DNA of 64,000 nt from Terriglobia bacterium. Lineage in GTDB: Bacteria > Acidobacteriota > Terriglobia > 20CM-2-55-15. Position 1 is the stretch's first letter. Each line of letters opens with the position of its first letter. Made by a program: the position numbers and the translations under genes. Under the pieces are notes generated by a model. That model was not told the DNA's origin. It ran no database searches and saw only the letters and a program-made list of their open reading frames with translations. Below are positions 53,460 through 62,845 of the stretch, piece after piece. Location of the stretch: contig CAXWPJ010000012.1 of the NCBI GenBank assembly GCA_963664115.2, positions 448,001 to 512,000 on the forward strand. Reading direction: 5' to 3'.

Positions 53460-54350
53460 CTAGGCCAGGGCCGTATCGAAAAGAACGAGCAAGCGGCTCC
53501 ACGCCCGTTCTGCCTGGGTCTCGTTGTACACGGCCGAATCAGGCGGACACCAGCCATGCAACGCGCCTTCATAAACCTCGATTTCTGCCGGGAGTTCGGC
53601 GCGATCGTAGGTTTCCCGAAGCACATTCTTTGCTTCCGGATCGCTTTCGTCATCATTCTCAGCGATCGCGAAGAGAAATTGCGCGTTCATATCAGGAACC
53701 AGCAGGTGCGGGCTGTCAGGCGCATCAGTCACCAACCCGCCACCGTGAAACGATGCACCGGCCCCAACACGCTCTGGTGCTGCGGCTGCGGTGCGCATTG
53801 TGATCGGACCGCCCATGCAGTAACCCATGGTGCCGATCTTCCGGTTCGTGTCGACGACCGCCTGCTGGTCCAGGAACGTCACAAAAGCCCTGGCGTCGGA
53901 CATGTGGGTTCCGGCATTTAGCGTACCCGCGAGTGGTAAAACGACATTGCGCGTCTCTTCGTCCTGGAATCTTGCGCCTTCGGGAACAATCGGAGCGCCT
54001 CTGTCCCGGTAATAAGGATTGACAACCAGCACCGAATAGCCCGATTCGGCGAGCCGCCGGCCCATCATCCTGAAGGCAGGGCGCAGACCGAGTATGTCCG
54101 GCCAGATAATCACACCAGGAAAGTCGCCACCCGCCGGATGCACGAAATAGCAGTCTGCGGTTCCATCAGGTGTCGGAACATCGACGTCCGATTCCGTCAC
54201 CGCTTGCGCATTGGCAGCCCGTGGCAAGAGCATTGTCAACGCGACGCCGGCCGATAGTGTGCCGAATTCGCGCCGTGTCAGATTACTGGAGCGGCGCAGG
54301 TGTCTATTCGCATCCTTGACTGTCTTCTCGTCGCACATGATTTTCTCCAT
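53460..54350 (-). CDS. Dienelactone hydrolase family protein, Tat-exported
   Basis: TRREF, WPDILGLRP, GYCMGG, HGW; start may be 54338. Confidence 0.88.
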   Translation of the reverse strand: MEKIMCDEKTVKDANRHLRRSSNLTRREFGTLSAGVALTMLLPRAANAQAVTESDVDVPTPDGTADCYFVHPAGGDFPGVIIWPDILGLRPAFRMMGRRLAESGYSVLVVNPYYRDRGAPIVPEGARFQDEETRNVVLPLAGTLNAGTHMSDARAFVTFLDQQAVVDTNRKIGTMGYCMGGPITMRTAAAAPERVGAGASFHGGGLVTDAPDSPHLLVPDMNAQFLFAIAENDDESDPEAKNVLRETYDRAELPAEIEVYEGALHGWCPPDSAVYNETQAERAWSRLLVLFDTALA

Positions 54351-54367
54351 TGAGCTTAGAAACTTGT

Positions 54368-54820
54368 TTAGGACACCGGCACCCGTTCTTTCAGTTCTTC
54401 AAATCAGAGCGCCCGGATCTGTTGCTGGCCGCGTTGTGCGCCGGATTCCATGACTTAGTGTGTCGCCAATAGGGACAGCGAAATTTTGGTAAGTCTATCT
54501 ACATGGGAGGGTTATTGGCAAGAAAAGCGTCGATGCCCGACTTCCGGCCATATTTCAACGTCCGACAAGATGATTTATCGGGCGTTGAGAATCGTTTTCA
54601 GTCGGGGACCAGCAACAGCCTGCGCTACGGCACGGTCGCAGCCGTGAGAAAATCGTGCTGACGTTGAGTCGCGTTGGTCACATAGCGATCCACCAGCACT
54701 TGCGTGGCCTGTCCAGGGACAAAGCCGTCTCCGACTGGCACCGGGACGCTCATCAGTTGGTCGTCGGGTGATCGGCAGAATAATTCGCGAGCATCTCTCG
54801 ACCAGGCGAGGCTAATAGTC
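54368..54820 (-). repeat. Array unit: propeller remnant, palindrome 54555-88, promoter, 84-bp collapsed kinase gene
   Basis: AWSRDARELFCRS..LMSVPV remnant; MESGA..*FEELKERVPVS* in one frame at 54368..54451. Confidence 0.8.
54492..54521 (-). promoter_or_regulatory. Sigma70-type promoter inside the array unit
   Basis: TTGCCA-18 bp-TAGACT; near-identical at 56236..56265. Confidence 0.55.
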
Positions 54821-54853
54821 ATTTAAAGGGCTATGTTGCCACCTAACCCATTA

Positions 54854-55927
54854 CTAGGGATGTATCGGCATGGTCCGCCTTCCGTCCACGATAGGCGGAA
54901 AATCCTTCGCCTCGTCATACACCTCGGTGATGAAGCGATCCTTGCTCTGCTGCGTGTCGCCCTGGGTCGTCGTGTCATACGGCGCGGTCAGGTCGGCGGC
55001 CAGAACTTCCTTCAGCGACTTACCCTGGTTGCGCAGCGCCGTTACCTTTGCCAGGATGTCAACCAGCATGGCCCGATACGGCAGGAGAGCCTCCCTATGG
55101 ATGAGCTTGCCATGGCCGGGGATAAGCCACGTGTCGGGGCCGGCAATCTCCTGGAAGAGATCAACCGCCTCGATCATGCCCCTGATCGAGCCGCCACTGG
55201 TCTGAGCGGCGAAGGGATAGCCGAAGTTGCGGTAGAAATCCTCGATGTAGATCACATTGGCCTTGCGGAAGCGCACGACGGTGTCGCCAGCGGTGTGGGA
55301 CGGCATCATCGGAATGAAATCCACCGTTTCGCCGTTCATGTTCAAGGTAACGGCGGGCTCGCCAGCCGCGGCGGGGTCATAGCGATAGGTCACCATCGGA
55401 ATGGCGGCCATATCGAGCGCCGGGGCCGGCTGGCCGTTGCGGCGCCGCGGATTGATCATGTCAAGGCGGAGATTTTCCTGCGCGAAGATCAACGCCCCCT
55501 GCTTGGAGAAGAAGGCATTGGCGCCGGTATGGTCGCCATGAATATGCGTGTTGACCAAGACCTTGATGGGCGCGTCAGTAAATGACCGTATCGCCGCCAG
55601 TGTCTTTTCGGCCACTTGTCTGTTCTCGGTATCCACCATCAGAACGCCATCCGGTCCGAAAAGCACCATGGCCCTGCCGCCAGACGCGTCGGGGTGTGCC
55701 GGATCAAGGCCTTTCGAACCGTGCAGAACAAATAGATTCGGCGACATTTTTTCTGTCACCATAATCTGAATCTTGTCCCAGGGCCTCTGGTAGCCCTCCG
55801 GAAACGTGTACGGGCCCTCGCCCGTCGGGATCACGATGATGGGATATTCCACTCCCTGTGCCCAAACCATCGAGGGAACAGCGACCATCGCGGCCACACC
55901 CAATAACAACACTGCGCATTTCTTCAT
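54854..55927 (-). CDS. MBL-fold metallo-hydrolase (cyclase-like), secreted
   Basis: NTHIHGDHTGAN, SHTAGD, IPGHG. Confidence 0.85.
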   Translation of the reverse strand: MKKCAVLLLGVAAMVAVPSMVWAQGVEYPIIVIPTGEGPYTFPEGYQRPWDKIQIMVTEKMSPNLFVLHGSKGLDPAHPDASGGRAMVLFGPDGVLMVDTENRQVAEKTLAAIRSFTDAPIKVLVNTHIHGDHTGANAFFSKQGALIFAQENLRLDMINPRRRNGQPAPALDMAAIPMVTYRYDPAAAGEPAVTLNMNGETVDFIPMMPSHTAGDTVVRFRKANVIYIEDFYRNFGYPFAAQTSGGSIRGMIEAVDLFQEIAGPDTWLIPGHGKLIHREALLPYRAMLVDILAKVTALRNQGKSLKEVLAADLTAPYDTTTQGDTQQSKDRFITEVYDEAKDFPPIVDGRRTMPIHP

Positions 55928-56113
55928 TGCCCCGCTCCTTGTCTCGTGTTTCGACTTACCTGGCGATGCCCCACAACTGTTGCAATTCGCAGCGGCGGCG
56001 CCTCACTGCCTCGTGATCCACGCGCGGTCATCAAACCTGAGGTGAAAAGCCTCACAGAGAAGAAGCCGCCATGCAGTCGCAGTCTGGCACACCCGTGGTC
56101 TCGATTTTGTGCG

Positions 56114-56720
56114 TTATCGACCGACTTCACCCATCCCACCCTTACCAAGGAGTGTCCCGATCTCGTTATTGCCTAGTTTGATGCCGGATTCCATGTTTAC
56201 TGTGTGTCGCCACGTGGAGCAGCCAAATTCTGGTAAGTCTATCTACATGGGAGTGTTATTGGCAAGGAAAGGGTCAACGCCTGAATTTTGGCCAATTCTC
56301 AACGTCCGAAAAGATGATTTAACAGGACTTGAACTCGAAAAACTACGGCACCGGCACCCGTTCCTTCAGTTATTCAAACCTGTTCAGACGACGTTCAGTT
56401 GCGTAAATTTCGCGCCGGTGTCCTGGACCGTAAGGAAGCGTTGGCCGTCTGGCGAAACATCGTAGTTGGCTCCCTGCGCGCCGGAGACCAGGCGCAAGCC
56501 TTGCTCCAGGACCACGCGGGGAGTTCCAGGCTGGAAGGTCGGTTGCGTCGTGATGTCCACAGCCATGAGCTCCCCGTTAATTCTGCTGGCATAAAAAAGT
56601 TCGCGGCCGTCCCGCCCCCAGAACGGCGCCAAGCCCCCTTCGGTAGAAATCTGAAACTGCCCGCCGGGGCCGGGGAATGCACGCACGTAAATCTCGCTCC
56701 TCCCGGCCCAGACGGTCATG
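56114..56720 (-). repeat. Most complete array unit: ~125-codon propeller 3' remnant, palindrome 56299-332, promoter, 26-aa kinase 5' stub
   Basis: EIYVRAFPGPGG..ISTEGG..DGRELFY..YDVSPDGQRFL..LKERVPVP*; MESGIKLGNNEIGTLLGKGGMGEVGR*. Confidence 0.85.
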
Positions 56721-56979
56721 GGACTATTCTGGCGTCGTTTTTTAGTCCTTTTCTTCACTCCGATGCCATGCCCGCACCCCATCCCTATCTCTCCTACCTC
56801 GCAGAGGTCGCTTATTTCGCCTATACTCCCTCTTCGTTGAATCAACCAAACATTGGTGAAGAAAGGCACTCCCCGCCAAGTCATTCTGACGACGTACAGT
56901 CACGGCCGGCAACGTGTTATTAAAGATGAGAATAAATGTGGGTACGAGTATGAGAGGTTCGTCATATTCGGATGTGCAT

Positions 56980-59202
56980 ATGAGGAGGCTCCCGCAAATA
57001 CTCGCTGCGTTTTTCGCATTTTTCTTCACCGCCTGGCCTGCCTATTCCCAGGAGTCGGCGGAGCCTCCAATCGACTACGCAACGGCCTACCTGGACCGGC
57101 AGGTCACCGCTGTCCGGATTGCGGAAGAAATCACGCTCGACGGTCTCCTCAATGAAGCTTCATGGAGTCTTGCCCAGCCAGCCACAGACTTCATCCGGTG
57201 GCGGCCCAATCCCGGCGAGCCAGCCATCGAAACCACGGAAGTCTATTTCCTGTACGACGACGACAATCTCTACATCGGCTTCATCTGTCACGATTCCGAA
57301 CCTGACAACATCCGGATCAACGACCTGAGAGAAGATTACAGCTTCTTCGGAAACGATGGCGTCGCGATACTGATCGACAGCTTGAACGACGATCGTTCGG
57401 GTTTTATATTCGGGACCAATCCAGTGGGCGCCAAACGCGACGCCCAGGTAACCAACGACAGCGCCTACAACTGGGATTGGGACGGGGTATGGAACGTCCG
57501 GTCGAGCCGGAACGACGCGGGATGGATCGCGGAGATCGCGATTCCTTTCAAGACCCTCCGGTTTTCAGGCGCGTCGATCCAGGAATGGGGGCTCAACATT
57601 AACCGGCATATTCTGCGCGCCAGCGAAGAGGCTCAGTGGTCCCCGCTTCCCCTCCGATATTCGTTCAGCAGAGTGTCGCTGGCGGGGTCACTGCGCGGGC
57701 TCGAGAATATCCGTCAGGGCCGGAACCTCAAGGTCAAGCCTTATGTGATCACGAGCTTTGCACAATCCCGAAGCCGCAACTTTGAGTGGCAGGATCACTA
57801 TGACGGTGGTGTGGACCTTAAATATGGCCTGACGCCTTCCCTGACGTTAGACGCGACGTACAATACCGATTTCGCGCAGGTTGAAGCCGACCAGCAGCAA
57901 GTCAACCTCACACGATTCAATCTCTTTTTTCCGGAGAAAAGAGATTTCTTTCTTGAGAATGCCGGGACATTCTCCTTTGGCAGTGCCGGATTCGGGCCTG
58001 GCGGCTCGCTTGTGCCGTTCTTCAGCCGGCGGATTGGTTTGAGTAGGCGTCTGACACCGGTTCCTATCCTCGGTGGTGTCCGCGTTTCAGGCCAGACCGG
58101 CCGTTACGATATCGGCTTTCTCACGATGAAGGCCGATAAACTGGACCCGTTGGAGGATCCAAACATCGAGGCTCTCGCCGCGACGCCATCGAACAACTTC
58201 TTCGTGGGGCGCATCAAGCGGAACCTGCTGACGAATTCATGGATTGGCGGCCTCGTGACTCACCGCGACTCTACCGATGACGGCGACTATAACCGTGTGT
58301 ACGGCGCGGATGCCCGATTTCAGTTCTTCGGCCGTCTGAACTTCGATGCCTACATGCTCAAATCCACAACGCCGGGGATGTCCGGAGAGGACCAGGCCCG
58401 CCGGTTCGGAACGTCATGGGTTGACGACGAAGTTGCCGTGTCGGCAGGTTATCTCACGATTCAGCCCAACTTCAATCCCGAGCTCGGCTTCGTGCGGCGG
58501 GACAATATGACTCAGCACGACGGATCATTCGCCTGGAGGCCGCTGATCAGATCCGGCGCTGCGATTCGAAACCTTCAATTTCAGACCGATGTGACTTACA
58601 TTCAAGGCGCCGGTTCCGGAGAAATCGAGACGCGAGACCACGCAATCATAACCGGACTCGAGTTTTGGAACGGGGGTCATATCCGTTATACGTCGACGGA
58701 GCGGTTCGAGCGGTTGAACAGTCCGTTTTCGATTCGGTCGGGGACCACGATCCCGGGTGGGGATTACAGTTTCCGTGAACACTCCGTCAGCGCCGCGAGT
58801 GATCCGAGCCGAACGATCAGTGGTAACGGCAGTGTCAATTGGGGCGATTTTTGGGATGGGGACCGTACGGCGTTTTCGGGTGCCCTCAGCCTGAAACCCA
58901 ACTATCGATGGGGACTCGACTTCAACTACATTCGGAACCGCGTCACCCTTCCAGATGGGAGCTTCACGACCGACCTTATGGGAGCGCGGCTCATCTACGG
59001 CTTCAACCCGTTTGCATTCTTCAACGCCTTTATCCAGTACGACGCTGAAGCGAACCGCGTCAGCTCGAACATCCGGTTCAATTGGACGCACAGCCCGCTG
59101 AGCGACCTCTATATCGTATACAACGACACGCGCGACACCGCCCGGGGCGAACTTGTCGATCGGGCTTTCATAGTCAAGTTCACGAACTTGTTCAATTTCT
59201 AA
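56980..59202 (+). CDS. CBM9-like plus DUF5916-like outer-membrane protein
   Basis: ITLDGLLNEASW, LYDDDNLYI, WDGVW, AEIAIPFKTLRF, NTDFAQVEAD, FPEKRDFFLE, terminal F. Confidence 0.8.
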   Translation: MRRLPQILAAFFAFFFTAWPAYSQESAEPPIDYATAYLDRQVTAVRIAEEITLDGLLNEASWSLAQPATDFIRWRPNPGEPAIETTEVYFLYDDDNLYIGFICHDSEPDNIRINDLREDYSFFGNDGVAILIDSLNDDRSGFIFGTNPVGAKRDAQVTNDSAYNWDWDGVWNVRSSRNDAGWIAEIAIPFKTLRFSGASIQEWGLNINRHILRASEEAQWSPLPLRYSFSRVSLAGSLRGLENIRQGRNLKVKPYVITSFAQSRSRNFEWQDHYDGGVDLKYGLTPSLTLDATYNTDFAQVEADQQQVNLTRFNLFFPEKRDFFLENAGTFSFGSAGFGPGGSLVPFFSRRIGLSRRLTPVPILGGVRVSGQTGRYDIGFLTMKADKLDPLEDPNIEALAATPSNNFFVGRIKRNLLTNSWIGGLVTHRDSTDDGDYNRVYGADARFQFFGRLNFDAYMLKSTTPGMSGEDQARRFGTSWVDDEVAVSAGYLTIQPNFNPELGFVRRDNMTQHDGSFAWRPLIRSGAAIRNLQFQTDVTYIQGAGSGEIETRDHAIITGLEFWNGGHIRYTSTERFERLNSPFSIRSGTTIPGGDYSFREHSVSAASDPSRTISGNGSVNWGDFWDGDRTAFSGALSLKPNYRWGLDFNYIRNRVTLPDGSFTTDLMGARLIYGFNPFAFFNAFIQYDAEANRVSSNIRFNWTHSPLSDLYIVYNDTRDTARGELVDRAFIVKFTNLFNF

Positions 59203-59768
59203 AACGCCCATCTGCTCCGGACAAGCGAACGCGGATACGCTGCTTCTGATCTTTCTGAACCACCCTGAATCGTAGTTGTGACTGCCGGCGGGGCAGAAGC
59301 GATTGCTCCCCAATCAGGTTCCTTCATCAAGATCGCCGCTAACGTCTCCGACACGTCCTGAGCCTGGAATGCCAATTTTCCAGTCAGCATTTCGTAGAGG
59401 ACCGCACCGAGAGCCCAGATGTCCGTCCTCTTATCTACGGAAAGGTCTTTAGCCTGCTCGGGCGACATATACGCTGCCGTCGCAAGAATCATTCCCTGCT
59501 GTGTGGCTGCCATGCTCAAGGTTGGAGAATTGGACACGCTCGGGTCAGCAGCGCCGGCTTCAAACGCTTTCGCCAAAATCAAATCCAGAACTTTCACCTT
59601 CCCGTCATGTGTGACCTTGATATTCGCTGGCTTGAGATCTCTGTGAATGACGCCCTTTTCATGCGCTGCTTCCCAGGCTTCTGTAATCTGTGGGGCGAGC
59701 GTCAGGGATTCTTCGACAGGGATCGCACCACGCTTCAACCGATCAGCAAGCGTGTCGCCGCATTCCAT
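59199..59768 (-). pseudogene. Internal fragment of a Ser/Thr protein kinase
   Basis: HRDLKPANIK, DFG degenerated to DLI, YMSPEQ, DIWALG; lacks N-lobe and propeller. Confidence 0.85.
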
Positions 59769-59943
59769 TGAAACAATGGGAGATACAGCCAGTTGGAGGC
59801 CATTCGCGGAACGGCAGGCGAGAGGAGAGTTTCCGTTCGCTGAAATTCTAAATGTCCGCGAAATTGATTTATCAGGACTTGACCTCGAAAATCAGGGAAC
59901 CGGCATCCGTTCCTTCAGTTCTTCAGTCCAGTTCAGGGCGACT
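59769..59943 (-). repeat. Array unit (spacer variant B, palindrome 59849-82, 3' stub)
   Basis: VALNWTEELKERMPVP*; spacer similar to 61785-61915. Confidence 0.8.
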
Positions 59944-59973
59944 GCCTGAAACAACCCATTCTCGTGAAAATTA

Positions 59974-60150
59974 ATGTCACCCGTCGCCGAACTTATAGAG
60001 GAGATCGTATCGGATGACGTGCTGGACCGGGCGTATGCGTGGATGTGCGAAGGCCGGACCGGGCGTAATGTGCGAAGGCCGGAAAGACTATTCCGCCAAC
60101 AGCGATGTGTGGGATGTCTGGTGGAAATGGCACGACATCAAGCCAGCACA
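59974..60150 (+). pseudogene. Possible reverse-transcriptase N-terminal remnant
   Basis: IVSDDVLDRAYAWMCEGR-KDYSANSDVWD, frameshifted by a 25-bp duplication; family recalled from memory. Confidence 0.45.
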
Positions 60151-60240
60151 CATGGACATATACAGAAAAGCTTGTCTCCGGGCTTTCTCCGTGTCACGAT
60201 TCGGTTTCACCCGACTTGGGAGCCTTAGGGGGACACGTTC

Positions 60241-60897
60241 ATGCGTCTGATTCCATTCATAATGGGGGCGGCTCTGCTGGTCGCAGAGTCCGCCACCGCC
60301 CAGGGCTGGATTCGGTTCTCCAGCCAGGAGGACTTCTTCAGTGTCAACATCCCGAACGAACCGACGGTGGCGCCTACCACCTACACTTCCGCGCAGGGAG
60401 CACCGCTGCCCGGCCGCGTTTACTCCGCCGAGCAAGGCCAGAGACGCTTCTCGGTGACGGTCGTGGATTACTCGCCCATTGAGGCAGTCATGCTGGAGCT
60501 GAGGAAGGAGTGCGATCCTGAAGCCCACAGCGCATGCGTGGGAGATACCGGCGATGGTGCGACCGGGCCCGGTTACGCGAAGCTGGACAAGGCCGGGGCC
60601 GTCGATTTCGCGACGTGGAACATCATCAAACGGGGCTCTGAGATCACCTACTTCGCGTGGAGTTTTCTCGACTTTATCGGCGGACGCTGGATGCACCTTA
60701 CCAACCCGGACGGGTCCCGCACATACTACGCAATTACCATGCACCAGGACCGGCTCTATATTTTTGAGGCGACGGTGCCCAAGGGAGAACCCGAGCCGGG
60801 AATATTTCACCAATCCGTGCGGTTCATCGACGATCAGGGAGAACCCGTGAGGTACGACTACCTCTATCACAACGGTTACGGGAGGCCGACCAACTAA
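60241..60897 (+). CDS. Secreted hypothetical protein
   Basis: Signal peptide then QGWIRFSSQEDFFSVNIP; resembles 48554. Confidence 0.7.
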   Translation: MRLIPFIMGAALLVAESATAQGWIRFSSQEDFFSVNIPNEPTVAPTTYTSAQGAPLPGRVYSAEQGQRRFSVTVVDYSPIEAVMLELRKECDPEAHSACVGDTGDGATGPGYAKLDKAGAVDFATWNIIKRGSEITYFAWSFLDFIGGRWMHLTNPDGSRTYYAITMHQDRLYIFEATVPKGEPEPGIFHQSVRFIDDQGEPVRYDYLYHNGYGRPTN

Positions 60898-60913
60898 TCC
60901 TGACATCCGGAGA

Positions 60914-61306
60914 GTGAACATGTTCAGGTATATGGCTCTTGCAGTTGTCTGTGGCGCGTCGTTCGGAATGTCGGCGTGGGGGCACCATTCTCACAACAAC
61001 TACGTGATTGATTTTATGACGGTGGAGGGCACGGTCACCGAAGTCCACCCTCTCAACCCGCACTCCTGGGTCTATATCGAAATCAACGGCGAGAACGATG
61101 AACCGATGCTGTGGGCGCTGGAAGCAACCAGCCTCAGCGGGCTCGAAAGGAACGGCATCACGCCCGAAACCATCCAGGTAGGCGACAGGATCCGGGCACG
61201 GTGCCACCAACTCAAAGACGGAGCCAACGGCTGCTTGCTGGGGTTCCTGACGCCGATGCATGGCGACCTCGCGCGAGGCCACGGCATCGAAATAGAGTGG
61301 GATTGA
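60914..61306 (+). CDS. DUF6152-like secreted protein
   Basis: Signal-GHHSH, LNPH, WALE, VGDRI. Confidence 0.75.
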   Translation: MNMFRYMALAVVCGASFGMSAWGHHSHNNYVIDFMTVEGTVTEVHPLNPHSWVYIEINGENDEPMLWALEATSLSGLERNGITPETIQVGDRIRARCHQLKDGANGCLLGFLTPMHGDLARGHGIEIEWD

Positions 61307-61426
61307 CGACGATCGCATGCACCGCGCGACGGCCTGCGGCCGCGCGCGGATTGATATAACACCCATACGACGACACTGTTGGCGCTGCCATAGTCGTCAG
61401 ACCCTGCTTATATCGCTTATCCGCTT

Positions 61427-61978
61427 TGGGTGATTCAGCGAAGCAAGTAGTTTGGCTTCACGCTCAAACCGGGCGAGACGGTCGGCGTCTCTGGCGAACT
61501 CTTCAGGAAGTGTCTTAATCGCAACTTCACGTCTCAACTTGATGTCACGCGCACGCCATACCTCTCCCATTCCGCCCTTACCTAAGAGCGTTGAGATCTC
61601 GTAATGGCCGAGTTTTGTGCCGGATTCCATCGTTATAGCGTGTCGTTAATTGAACCGAGAAAAACTCTGCAAAGAATACTAAGGCGGGGAGTTAGGCGCT
61701 ATCAAATTCTCAGGTCAAATTCTCAGGTCCTGAGAAACGACATTCTCGGAAAGTGAGAATTGGAGTGCATCGAGTGACACAGTAATCCATTGGAATAATG
61801 GTAGATATAGCCCATTGAAGGCAAATCCAAGAACGGCAGGCGAGAGGAGGGATTTCGTTCGCTGAAATTCTCAATGTCCGCGAAGATGATTTCTCAGGAC
61901 TTGAACTCAGAAATCAGGGCACCGGCACCCGTTCCTTCAGTTCTTCATACCAGTTCAGGACGATGTTGATTTGGCTCG
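61427..61978 (-). repeat. Array unit: 3' stub, palindrome 61871-904, long spacer, 68-aa kinase 5' fragment
   Basis: QINIVLNWYEELKERVPVP*; MESGTKLGHYEISTLLGKGGMGEVWRARD..VAIK..LASLNHP. Confidence 0.85.
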
Positions 61979-62169
61979 ACACAGGATCGAGAAGCTTAGG
62001 ACTGGAGTGGTATTACTTGAAATTCGTCTCTTAGAACAACAGTGTTTCTGTGCGAATTACTTTTACGACGCACACCTCTCCGACATCGGATGGACGGCCT
62101 TCTCTACCTTTCGGACAAGCCTGACGCCTCGCCCGTGGAATTCGAGACCTTGCCCGCGATGCAAGACTA

Positions 62170-62583
62170 CTATTCTAAATTCGGGGGTGAGTCGTTGCTA
62201 AAGTCGAGGACCCTTCCCGTCGACAGGATCGTGACGTCGCCGGCTAGGAGGGCCTTGGCGCCTTTCCGACGCGAGGGAGCTCCGTCCACGCTGACCCGCA
62301 TGCCCGGTGTCAGTGTGTCGTCGGTCCAACCCGCCCGAATCATGGCGCTCGCGTTTTTTGCGCCGGTTACATACCAATCGGATTTCTCACCATTGGGGCC
62401 GGTGACCTCCACAACAATTTGGACGTGTGGATTGATAATATGCACCTCTTTCAGAACGCCTTCAATGGATGCCGATTGATCCGTGAGCCAAAAGGACCTC
62501 TGCGAATGGTGCGCCTCGAGTGGGAGCGGCACCATTAGCAGCAAACCCGCCAACACAAATGACACATAGAGTCGCATGCTCAT
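62170..62583 (-). CDS. DUF6152-like secreted protein
   Basis: Signal-AHHS, INPH, PGMRVSV. Confidence 0.72.
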   Translation of the reverse strand: MSMRLYVSFVLAGLLLMVPLPLEAHHSQRSFWLTDQSASIEGVLKEVHIINPHVQIVVEVTGPNGEKSDWYVTGAKNASAMIRAGWTDDTLTPGMRVSVDGAPSRRKGAKALLAGDVTILSTGRVLDFSNDSPPNLE

Positions 62584-62687
62584 GTTCCTCCGATCAATTC
62601 TTGCTAGGTTACCTGCAACATATTACTCGCGATACGTTCAACTTAACGGAGTTTTCGGAATGGTGCCCACGGATCAGTGCGCGGTTC

Positions 62688-62845
62688 TCAATGTCCGACA
62701 CGATGATTTATCAGGACTTGACCTCGGAAATCAGGGAACCGGGACCCGTTCGTTGAGTTCCTCAAACCAGTTCAGGACGATGTTAATTAGGTCTGGCTCT
62801 GCCTCGCTGGCTGTGATCGCGGCGTCCCGGGCCTCACGAATCGTT
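62688..62845 (-). repeat. Array unit: palindrome 62688-721 plus 3' stub
   Basis: EPDLINIVLNWFEELNERVPVP* (stop 62731-33). Confidence 0.8.

Noticed and set aside
59757-59768. MECG start as a mutated MESG kinase start
   Set aside because: The flank aligns with spacer sequence near 61786 (TCCATTGGAATAATGG), so this ATG is probably spacer DNA at a deletion junction.
38876-62845. Classical integron with attC sites
   Set aside because: The repeats lack clear RYYYAAC/GTTRRRY boxes, cargo occurs on both strands, and the integrase is short and coupled to an IS91-like transposase rather than IntI-like.
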